A stretch of 64,000 nt of DNA. Origin: Balanoglossus misakiensis. Lineage: Eukaryota; Animalia; Hemichordata. Positions within the stretch are counted from its first letter, which is position 1. Each line of letters opens with the position of its first letter. The stretch spans positions 180,822 through 244,821 of the forward strand of contig CM082579.2 of NCBI GenBank assembly GCA_040954595.2. The letters run 5' to 3'. Shown here piece after piece: positions 12,701 through 23,994 of the stretch. Under the pieces are notes generated by a model, which saw only the letters and a list, made by a program, of their open reading frames with translations, did no database searches and was not told where the DNA came from. Both the position numbers and the translations under genes were made by a program.

Positions 12701-15700
12701 CAAGTAAAGGCCTTGGAGGAATTGATCAAACCACAACAACAACTGCTGCTGGGAGTACTGGTACAGGCGATAAAGCCAGGTAATTTGTGTTCATGAGAAT
12801 TACAATATCTTGCTGAACTTCTTTCTGACATATGTATTTTATTGCCAAGGAGACATCCTGTGTTCAATGTTGTCCTGTATTAATATGCTGTGGATTCTTT
12901 ACTTCTCTTAATGCACAATTCTAATATATGTGAATTACCAGCCATTTTCTTCTACCAAATAACGATACCTTGACAGAAAAGATATATTTGGAAGCATATT
13001 AAAATGTTACCTTCTTTTGTAATTTTCAGTGATAATAAAGCCCTCAAAGAAACCCTATTACCTGGTCCTATCCAAGCAGACGTCCATTCTTTCAAGTGAG
13101 TGTGAAGATTGTTACCATCTATCCATACATGACTTATGTACTGGTGCATTTATATTGGAATTGTGATGAAGCATTTTCCAAGCAATGAGATCCTTTCTTA
13201 TATTTTTTTTTCACCATCAGGCAAGGTGGGTTTGTTAAGTTTAAAAGGGACAAAACAACAAAAACACCTTTAAACATTAACACTTGAACACTTTGTAATC
13301 AAACTAAATAGTACAGTGTTGTAATAGAAATGGCATGACACACATAAAATCCGACTAGTGAAACTATTAAATTTGGGAAAATTAGGGTAGGTCAGTGGGA
13401 AAATAAAACACAAACTGGAAAAAAGACCATTGTAAACTTGACGTTGTGTTGTAATTTGTCCCAACAAATTTATAGAACAATGACAATCATTACAAGTGGT
13501 GGTACCCAATGTTTCTGTTAGCGTATAAAACTTGCATCCTACACACATATTTCTGTCTCTGAACTCAAAATTAAAATCATTCCCATAGATATCATACATG
13601 TTCAAAGCATGATTCAACACAAGCAAGGTCATTCTAGTTCTGTGGCGTCACCCTGTTGATATTATAATTAGTAAAGATTGTATGCGTGTGCGTGAGAAGT
13701 CCAGTTTGTCAGACCTTTTTGTTTTGAGGTCTCCATACGCAACATTTTTGGTCTGTATGTATTTTCCTTCAGCTTATGCAAACAGTGTATGCAACTAGCA
13801 AAAAAACGGAAACAGGGATACCTCTTGTTCTCTGGTGTGTTTTTCATTTCACTGCAGATGTTTGCTCACAGTTCTATACTATAAGTATAAAGGATAAGCC
13901 TTAAGCCAATCCAATATACTAATCAAAACATTCACAAAGGCTGTCTATATGGAAGTAGTGGGAGTATAATTTAAAGTGCCCATCTTTCATCTTATTTTTG
14001 CCCAATCCAGGGTCTATGTCAAAAAGCAGAAAGAAATCCGGGAGGAGAACTCCAGGTTCTCATCCAAACCTATGCTGAAAGTACAAGAAGAAATTAGTGG
14101 AATCAGGCAGGCCTTGGCGGTGGTATCTAATGGTTTACAAAGGAATACCTCTGCTGTCCACAAATTGAAAGAGGAAACTTACCAGGAATTAAGGAATGCA
14201 GAGATTGCTCAGAGAACAAAAGAAATTCCATTGGCCTTACAACTTGATAACAATAAACCAGCTGAGTGAGTAATTTTTTCACAGAACACAGAACATCAGT
14301 GCTATTTATTTATCTACCCATCGTGTGAAAATTCAAAATTTTTTCCATAATTTCCAAATGCATGCTTTATAAAAGTGGAGTGATTCTGGAATAATGTGCC
14401 AGTTGAAATTAGACTTGAACACTGAATGTTTTGGGTGTATTCTGAAGGTTACCTTTTTATAATTTTTTCTCTTTATTGTTTTGCAGTTTTTATTATTTTT
14501 CTTGTTTTGTGCAGAGTTCAAAGACCTTCCAGGAGTGCATTTTGAGAAAACGTTTGATGGTGATGAGTGCCCTCTAGTGGCCAAAAATCCCAGTGTTTGT
14601 GTTTTGTGCATACAGATTCTGTTTTCATTATTGTTTACACAGATATTTCCAAAGATTAGTAGAAGACTTTGAAAATCAAATGCAGATTTACAGATTACAA
14701 ATAGAAGAGCTTGAGAGCCATCTTGGGTCATTAGCGCAACCAGTGGGTTATACACCACAAGGTAAGTTAGTATCTTTGGTCAAATGCACAATCAGGAACT
14801 TCTGATATGCGATGACTACTTCTACGAATGTAGCCAAAACTTGATACTCCAATAGATATGAAACCTCTCATCAACTACGTCAAAACTGGTATTCAGTTCC
14901 AAAAATCATGTCATGAACACACTATTTCATTACTCACAATAGGGTTGCCTCAAGAATTATTTTTAAAATTGGGTTTAGAATTTCTATAAATTTCTTTGTG
15001 TCAACCCTAAAGATGTACGTGTAATATTGATATTTTTCTTGTGTGGATTTTATACCAGACTACATAATGGCAATCACACATGGCAACATTTCAAAAAAAC
15101 ATGTTTTCACTTTTACTGTCTTCCTATTTTTTTTCAGAATTATCAATTATTATATTCAAGTTACACGAGACCTTCATAGCAATAGCAGCACAACTACAAT
15201 CAGTACATGAAACGGTCAAGGTAAGGAGTGATTTTCTCTTTTTTTACTGAATGGACCTTTAATTTCTAATTCTGGGTGCATTTCAACAGCTGTTTCAAAC
15301 AGTGTGTGTTGTGTAAAAATATACAAAAAATAAAATGTGTGATGTCTTGAAATACATTACTGTAATCATATATGCAGTAAATAATGCCTGCAATATGAAA
15401 CAGATTTTAAAGATACAAATATGAAATTTAGGGTTTCTGGTACGTGGCAGTGGGTGTAGCAGTGCTGTTTTGATGTTTTGTAGTGGTGGTCCTTTTTGTG
15501 TCTAGGGATTTCAAAGGTGATGATGACCTTTGATAATTGGTTGATAGTCGTCACAGAAATAGATGATTAATTTTGACCTGTTCGGAGTATGTATCTATGG
15601 ACCCAGCTTCCTGTTGTACGTGTGGTCTCGGTTTATCCCAGAGTTATTAGTGGAGTTGTCCCTGGAGGGAACACAAATGCTTCTCTGTTTCCACATTATC

Positions 15701-17726
15701 TGTCATTTTTTTGCAATGGCGAAGGAAAACTAACTGGAGTCAAGATAAGGCCCAGAAACTTGGAACCATCTGATGCAAAGTATATTACCCAAATATTAAA
15801 CAACAGGAAATCAGATAACTGTCCTTGCTGTTGAAAATGGAAGGATTAAACCCAATTGTGCTGTCGGAGTGATTGTTTTATCATTCTTAATGTTTTTGTC
15901 AGAAAACAATTTGAGCAAGAGTGAACTTTGTATTGTGTGTAAAATAGAAAAACCAGGAGCATGTCGTAATTGAAGATTCATGAATATTGATGTCATAAAA
16001 TTGGTCAATTGTTATACTGTAATGATAAACACATCAGAAACCAATGGATTTTCTCATTCTTCCTTTATATTTGGTTTGAAGAGGCTTTGTGTACTTAATC
16101 AGGGATGTAATCTCTGTTTTTTCAGGCACAAAAAGAACAATATCTGAACTATAGAAAGATCTTTCATGGAGAAACAGTTGACATTTTTGCAGAAAGGAGA
16201 AAGTCTGCTGAGACACGACGAAATCTGCCCAAAGAAATGCTAGGACCAGCGCCATTTGATAGTATGTCAAGTGCAGCAGCTGTTGCCATGGCATCGGCAA
16301 TGACAGCTGCTCAAAAACCTGGAGGTAAGTTGGCAAGGACCTTGTGAGTACTAATGCTATCCCAAAATGTTTTCATATTCAGAAGATTAAAATGGGAGAC
16401 TGTAAAAAAGGGAGTAATGGAGTACCATCACCAAGACAGCTAAGATGTAATGTGGAATTCTTAACAACAAAAAATCAATATTAGACAAAAGAGAAGTGGT
16501 GAGTCTGGGGACCATTTTTTTATCTAGCCTGAGGAAACATCTATCTTTAGCATTTTCTCATGCATTCCTTTCTGGGGAATTCTATAAAAACAGGCTCAAC
16601 TTTTTCAGTTTAATTTATTCATCAAGATTTTTCAATACACAAGTTAAGAATACCACCAAATACATAACTTTTGTATGTCACTCAACTTTGCAAATTTCTA
16701 ATTAGACAAAAAAAACATATTGGAATATTCCAGTGTTTTGACCACTGACCTTGCATGATTTTGGACTTGTAATAAAATGCAAACTGTTAAAATATTGAAA
16801 AACTTGATTCCTTTAGTGTCACATGCATTTATTTGAAAACCGTGTAGGTTCTGCAGGACTTGGCACAGGATCGGCATTCACCACAGGAGCAGCATTTGGA
16901 GGTGGAACTTTTGGCTCAATGCTGGGAACAGGCCTAGGCAATAAGGGACTTGGCACTATAACTGGAGGAGGTCTTGGCACAGGCTTAGGAACAGCAGGTA
17001 CAACATTTGGAAGTGGGAGCACTTTTGGAAAGACTGCTGGATTTGGTGCAAGTAATCTTGGCGGCAGTTTAAGTGCTGGACCAACCACTGGCTCAACATC
17101 ATTTGGTGGGTTTGGTGCAAACACAGCGGGTAATTATACATTGCATTGTAAGCTGTCACTAGCTCACAGTCAATGTGTATGTAACATTTGCATGATGCAA
17201 CAGAAACCTTGTATTGCTTAGTTTCCCGTTATCGAAAACTTTGACAAGTCTCCGAGTGAATAGTGGGGCATCTTAGTGTTCAAAAGTTGTATTTTCACTA
17301 TGGGGCTATTTTGTTCAAAAGTCTTAAAATATTCAGTTAGAATTAAACCAGTGTCATACTTTCAGTATTATCGGGTGTAAGATTGAGAATTGGGTGAATG
17401 GGGGGTCGTCTTTTATAGGATGAGACAATGAATGAGCCACTCACTTGGTGGTATCATCATTATTTCAGGAGTTACTCTCAAGGAAGGAGTATACATCAAT
17501 GATTCAGAAGCCCAAACACTTGATGAGGACCTTTATTATCTACAAATGTTTCCAATAATAATCATTGACACATAATCTCTCTTTTATGACAGTTCCATCA
17601 TTTGGTGGCACACCCTCTACATCAGCTGGGCTTGGATCATTTAACGTGGGTGCAGCTACTGCAACTGGAATGGTTAAACCTTTCATGTTGCAAAAACCAC
17701 CAACGTCCAAAAGAGGCAAGAAGTAA
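9708..17726 (+). CDS. NUP58: Nucleoporin p58/p45 (NUP58/NUPL1), 11 exons, about 712 aa
   Basis: Exons 9708-9805, 10344-10543, 11336-11488 (3' end uncertain, alternative donor after 11527), 12230-12779, 13030-13095, 14011-14265, 14643-14761, 15138-15220, 16126-16324, 16848-17129 (or from 16857), 17593-17726; all GT-AG, total 2139 nt in frame. N- and C-terminal FG/LG-rich regions flank a coiled-coil core (KALKETLLP..., SSKPMLKVQEEI..., QELRNAEIAQRT, YFQRLVEDFENQMQIYRLQIEELESHL, ETFIAIAAQLQSVHETVK, KEQYLNYRKIF), and the C-terminus FMLQKPPTSKRGKK resembles the NUP58 end FQLKKPP.G.KRGKR. Confidence 0.93.
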
Positions 17727-17973
17727 CTTGATGCAGATATGTCAGGAATTTACAAAGGAAGAACCTGTGTATGTTGATTCGTCAGCAAGATGACAGTTGT
17801 AGTGGATGATGTTCTAATTCATCAAACTGATGGAGTGAGGAGGTGAAATACTAACCGGCAGTTCTTGCCAGGAAGTGTGATTATGATAACAGAAAAGTGT
17901 GGGAACAAGATTGATGCATCTGTGGACATTGTGAACAGTGCATAGCAGTGCAGTGTTCTGTTGTTGGACCCAC

Positions 17974-18198
17974 AATAAATCTTTGGTCATGGACATTGAA
18001 AGAATGTGTGAGGGATAGTCATTTCAAATGAGCCTTGCATGTTCTTCTGTTAAAGTCTCTTCCAAGACAGTGGTTGAAATTGCCCTCGCTATCATGTGTT
18101 ATTATTTAAATATACACTGCCATCACAGAGACGACTCAACCTCCAACTTGATCATACATGTATAGTGCTAACACAATTACAAACTTGAAAGCAATAAA
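17974..18198 (+). terminator. Candidate polyadenylation signals of NUP58
   Basis: AATAAA at 17974-17979 and 18193-18198 downstream of the stop codon; the second is followed by T/GT-rich sequence. Confidence 0.4.
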
Positions 18199-19240
18199 TT
18201 ACATGATACATGAAGAACATTTTATTTTTGCATTAACATGGAAATTTTTTCAAGTGTCTGTGTATATGCTTTGCATATAATTCAGTTCAAATTACCTTAG
18301 TTCAAAATCTGTCCTTAGGTGCACGTTTTCTATGTTTAATGAGGGACTATAGTTCAACTTAATGGGATGTTCTCAGCAGAGCCAAGCATTTGCTGAAGAA
18401 TGACAGAATGAGACCATTAAGTGTTCTTAAAGTTGGGGTCAGTGGTTTATGAGTGTCATATGTCAACTTTCAGAGTCAAAACTAAGGATGTAGGCTAATT
18501 CCATACTAAGTGTGTTTCTGCCAACAAACTAGTCATTTTGGCTCCCTATGGTGAATTCGTTGAAAATATAAGGCAACTCATCCTTATCCTAAGTCAAAAA
18601 ACAACATTTTGAATTTGCATATAATGACAGTGGTCGTAAACTCTTGCAATTGGCAGCTGCCTGAATAAACGGGTGTGGTACCCATTTATTAGTTAACTTG
18701 TTCATTCTTACATGTGGTGTTCAGTGCTTGCCAAGTGACCATATTGGTCTATTGTATCTTTGGTCAAAAAAACCCCAGAGTAGTACATACTTCACTGCAT
18801 CTGCATGGGCTAATGTTAGTCCATGATAATTATCCCCAAAAGTGCAGCTCATGGGGCTTTAACTATTTTCCCCTTTAATTTTCAACCACCTGACTAGTTC
18901 CAAATGATTGACGCTTTAAGATACCCTCGGAAAATTTCATTAGTGCAATACTGACACATGTAATGTATTAAAAGATAGAATGAGGTTGACCTTTGGTCAT
19001 GTGAATCAGCCAATGGCGAAAACGGCGATTACGTGGGTGTTTATATTGGCAGCCCAACGGATTAGCAAACAGCCGAGTTTTGTTTGCACGTTGCTGATCA
19101 AAGATATTTTCCAGCGTTCGCACACGACTTCCGAACATAGAACAGTCGAATTCTACTGGATTGCGTCCTCGCAGGGAATGGGTGTCTTCGAAACCAATTA
19201 ACCAGGTGCCAAGGAGACAAGTCCGTCATTTACCGCTAAC

Positions 19241-22200
19241 ATGCTCCTGTCGATATTCCTGTCCTTCAGCGCACTTCTCTTCTGTAGCGGTGCCCAGTCG
19301 GTGCCTTGTGAGATGAGACCGGGTGTCCAAAAGAGTGATGACGGATGTGCATATACATTTCTGATGCCCATTCCTGATGACGGTGAATGTTTTGACGTAA
19401 CCCAAGCGGCGAGCACCATTTCACCTGATGGCAGAGATATTTCCACCCTGGTTAAACGGCTCCAGTCTCACGCCAAAAAGATCGACACGTTCAAACGCAT
19501 AACCATGCAGCACATGTGGCGAATCGACGATCTGGAAGCCGCTAAGAACGAAGTACAGAGGCAAAAGACGATACAAGGCGAACGAATCAACGAAATTGAA
19601 GCCGACAATACTCGGCTTCTTTCAGAACTCAATTCGCAAAGTCAAGAAATTCGAAGCCTTGTGGCAGAACTACTCGAACTGAGGACTGCGGCCAGGGAAA
19701 ACGCTACTAAATTGGCCGAATTACAAAACCAGCTTCGTCAATGCAGAACCAAGCAAGGCGACGATAACGATATCCATGATTTCGGTAAGATCACAGTCAC
19801 TCCAAAAAGGTGGAAAAATGAAAGGAAAAGTATTGGGGTAAATCTACGAATATGGGCTTGAATTCCTTCTTTTAATCAAAAGTTTCAACACTTGCTCGGT
19901 AAGCTTATCTGATACCATTCCGGACCAACGCATAGATTAGTAAGAATCTAATAATTTTATATGTAGGCCTACATGTAGTATTTATTTACATGCGTAAACG
20001 GTAACTAAATCACATGTGCAAGCCAATTGATACTAAAGTTGCCGTATATTTTCCATAATCGTCAAATATTTTATGCGGCTACCAAACGTTTCTTTTCGAA
20101 CATTTTAAACAAAAAAGTCATCCGTATAGAATGTATGTTTGCTGGGGTTGAAACCTTCCCACTTGAGGTTGAAATTTACGCCGTGTCTAAGTAATAACAT
20201 TCCGCGATGGACCATGATATAGCATTAATTGCTTGTTTTGTTAATTATCGATGTACGTATTCCATAAAGTTTATGTGAAGGCCTGGAGTATTTTACTCCG
20301 ACGTGAATAACCTGATTCATCAGCCTAACTGCATGTGTGGCGCACTTATCAATAGTTGAGCATTTCATGACTGTTTCAATCGTAAAAGGTCCAATGAACC
20401 CAATGAGATTGACCCTAGTATTCGTGACCTGAATTTTTTGAATTGACAAAAATCTTTGAAACTCGTACAAGTCTAAATGGAAACATGCTTTGATTGGTTG
20501 AAGACCCAATGTACTTTTTGTGACCTACATCAAAAGCGATGATACACAAACTCGTTTTGGAGTACCGGAGAATTAAATCTTTTCACTACTGTATATATTT
20601 CAATGAAAACACAAGATTGACTGAAACTTGTTGAGGAGATTTTCTCACATTCACTTATGCGACAACGAGGGATCTTCAAGTTGAACTCGTCCTGGAATGT
20701 CGTATTCTTCATGATTTATCTGCACAAATGTTGAGGCGACTTGTTTGTGTGTGATGCGTTTACATGTAACTAAGTCACTCGAGCTTTATCCAGCTTTGCT
20801 TCTGCCAATGGGAATTCGAAAGAAATACAACTTACATCTATTAAACAAACAAGATACTTTGCTTAAAAAGGACAACACATTCTGCTATTGCATAGCAAAA
20901 CTGGGGAAATCATATTTTATTATAACTTACATATTTTCTGATGCGGAATGATAACGTCCGATAGAGAGATTATGTCTTAACATAAGGATTTATTGAGAAC
21001 TAGGCTATAAACTGCAATTGAAGTATTGTGTTGTCATTCCCCTGTCTCTTATCAGATCCAATGGAAACAGAGTTAGCTTTTGATGGAACTTCATCTATGA
21101 CTTATTTCGATGCTTCGAATCCGATCCCGTTGCTGACCGAGATGACCTGGTGTTTGTGGATGAAGACGCCGCTTGGATTGACAAATGAGGATCGCATGGT
21201 TATCAGTCATTACGAATCGCCTTACAGCTCACAGGCAACGTCTCGTTCCACGTCATATGCAGTTACCTTTTTCATGGATCAGATATGGGATTACCGACTG
21301 AGGGGTGGCGGTGGAGTTAGCCTCTTTGGGCGTGTCCCCCGTGATGGTCATTGGCATCATGTTTGCATGGCATGGGTTGGTCGGATTGGCAAAGGCAGGC
21401 GCTGGTTGTATATTGACGGTACAGGAACGATCCTTGGAGATGGACACGTTGAGGAGCTGCTAGGAGGCGGGACAATGTATCTGGGTTATTTTCCAGACAT
21501 GGACCATCGTGTCTCGACTGTTAAATTTATTGGTGCGATGGCGCTCTTCAACATGTGGGATCGGAAACTGGATACAGACGAGATGGCCAGGTTTGCTAAA
21601 CAGTGCACAGATACTTCGAATGGAAATCTGGTCAGTTGGTCAGCAATGCTTGGAGATCATGCAACAAGGGAGAATATCATTGAAGGGCGGAAAGATTATT
21701 GTGGTGAGTTCTTAGTTGTGTAGAAACGGACAGAAAAAAATATACAGATGGAGCGTTGGAGAATAAAAATCAAACCTGTAACTATGTTGACATTTTTGTC
21801 TATCTACCATTCATACTTTACATATAAAGTCATAAATTTCTTGAATTGTGCCAATGCAGGTAATGAAGAATGCAGTCAAGAGGCGTGTATGACTGACGGT
21901 CCTTGTATCTATACATCCGTAGAGCAATGTTCATGTCCTTCAAATGTGCCTTGTCATTCAGGTTAGTTACAGCAGCATACACTTTCTTGTCACTGCTTGC
22001 AAGCCCAAACAATATTGAGAGGTTTCACTGTTTGGTTATATTTTTGAACCCCACAGCAGAGTCCAAATAATGTAATTGTGACTGATATAATGGGTTTTGA
22101 AGTAATTTTGTGATCTTCCATGATATGAACCTTGTAACTGGCACTTAATCACAATGACTCCCATTATTCCAAAACTCAGTGACTTGAAACATGCAGCGAC

Positions 22201-23137
22201 TCCCAGGCCAAAGAATCGTGCTCCATGGGCAAATAGTTTTTATCAGGTCATGACAGCTGTATCAATTATGTGATCAAATGTGGCACTAATAGTATGTCTA
22301 GGCGTGCTTCTAAAATTGGTACATGTACATGCTATTACACAGGATCTTGATCGGCAGTTCACACAATAAATGTCAGTGTATTCATGGATGAATTGCAAAC
22401 TGAAATTCAGCCCGGAACTGGAGGGTATAAATAAATATTCTGCTCTGTAGGAATAATGAATGGTTGCGCTACTAATATTTCCCAATTTTCATTACATGTT
22501 TTTTACAGAAGGGAGGAAGTTGCATTTTGATGGATCATCAGTGATTGACATCAATGTGAATGACAAAGTAACCCATATTGGTGCGTTGACAGTTTGTCTG
22601 TGGTTGAAGACAACAACAACCAGGGGAACGCTTTTTAGAATCACTACATCTGAATCAAATTCACGTGATGCAATCCGACAGATCGATTTTCGTGATTTCA
22701 GTCTGTCAGTGCAGACCTATGGGGACACCCACCACAACTGGTATTCTTATCTTGGCATAGATCCTGCCAAAGTAACAGACAACCAGTGGCATCACGTTTG
22801 TCTGGTTGGCAACTTTGGAGGTAGTAGAGCCACAGCCTTTCGCATCTACAAAGACGGCATGATGATCACTAGACCATACTTCAGGCAGTCCTTGTCTATG
22901 CACGGACTTAAAACTGTCACTCTTGGTGGTGCGACCGATTCACGGGGAAGCACCGCAGAGATCTATGGTTTTCAGTTCTGGGATCGCGACCTCAGCGGCG
23001 AAGAATCACAGATATACACAATGTCCAGGAAATGTGGGGAATATTTTACAGAAGATGCATTTGTCCCGTGGTCGACATTTTCAGATGCGGCAGAACAGAG
23101 TGCTGTTACCATATCACCCTCTGACATTTGTTTGTGA
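19241..23137 (+). CDS. Secreted coiled-coil protein with two pentraxin/LamG-like domains separated by an EGF-like module, about 640 aa
   Basis: Exons 19241-19784, 21056-21703, 21860-21961, 22509-23137; GT-AG, all introns phase 1, 1923 nt in frame. Signal peptide MLLSIFLSFSALLFCSGAQS; GCAYTFLMP motif; heptad-rich helix (RIDDLEAAKNEVQ...LAELQNQLRQC); pentraxin-type motifs TWCLWMK/WHHVCMAW/LYIDG/FNMWDRKL and TVCLWLK/WHHVCLVG/IYKDG/FQFWDRDL; 6-Cys module CSQEACMTDGPCIYTSVEQCSCPSNVPC. Confidence 0.85.
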
Positions 23138-23994
23138 AATTAGTGATCTTATGCTGCAGTTACACAGACACTGACATTTTGTAGGGATGCCTTTGACTCC
23201 AGAACTCTTTGATAAATAGTCAATTAAATATATTTCCGCTGACTAGGGAAATATAGATTCAAGAAACGTGTACACAACTTGCAAAATTACCATTTGAACA
23301 AAATTGTAGTCTTTAAATGATGAGCCTTTTCCTGATAGATGTTAAATTATGAAAATTGCACATTCTTGCAATAATAGGAATTTACTAATATGATTGATAG
23401 GGTTCATATCTTTCAAAAGTCTAATCTTTATTTCTTTATAATTACGAGCGATTTTGAGCTGCTGTAGATATTTTCTTACCTGCCCCCCCCCCTCCGAATT
23501 ATGCTTAGGCTAAAATTACTTCCAGAGCCACCTGACATACTCACTGCTCTATATCTGCAACCTGTGAACCGTTTTGATGGTGGTATGATTCAGGTGTTTT
23601 CGACAAATTTCAAATATTCAAACGTGATTTTAGGGTTTAAAGAGCTCTTTTCTAATATTTCTTCAATACAGTTAGGCATCATACAAAAAATTGTTCTTCT
23701 GACGAGAGTCGGAAAGTGTAATGAAATAACTTGTCAAAAATGTTTGGTCTATTGCAATCTCCACAGTCGACAAAATGTGGTTCCAGACTGCTATATTTTA
23801 TACGGAAACTGGCTGGGGGAAAATGATGGCATATGTGATTTAAAAATACAGTACATTTTATTTACTGGAAATTCTAATTTAAACACACAAAGGGACTAGT
23901 TCACCCAAAATGTCGATCGACAGTGAAAGTAACAGTTGAGCATTTTGTTACACCGAAATCATCTTCTACACAGAGACCTCGCCATAAGTTGGAG

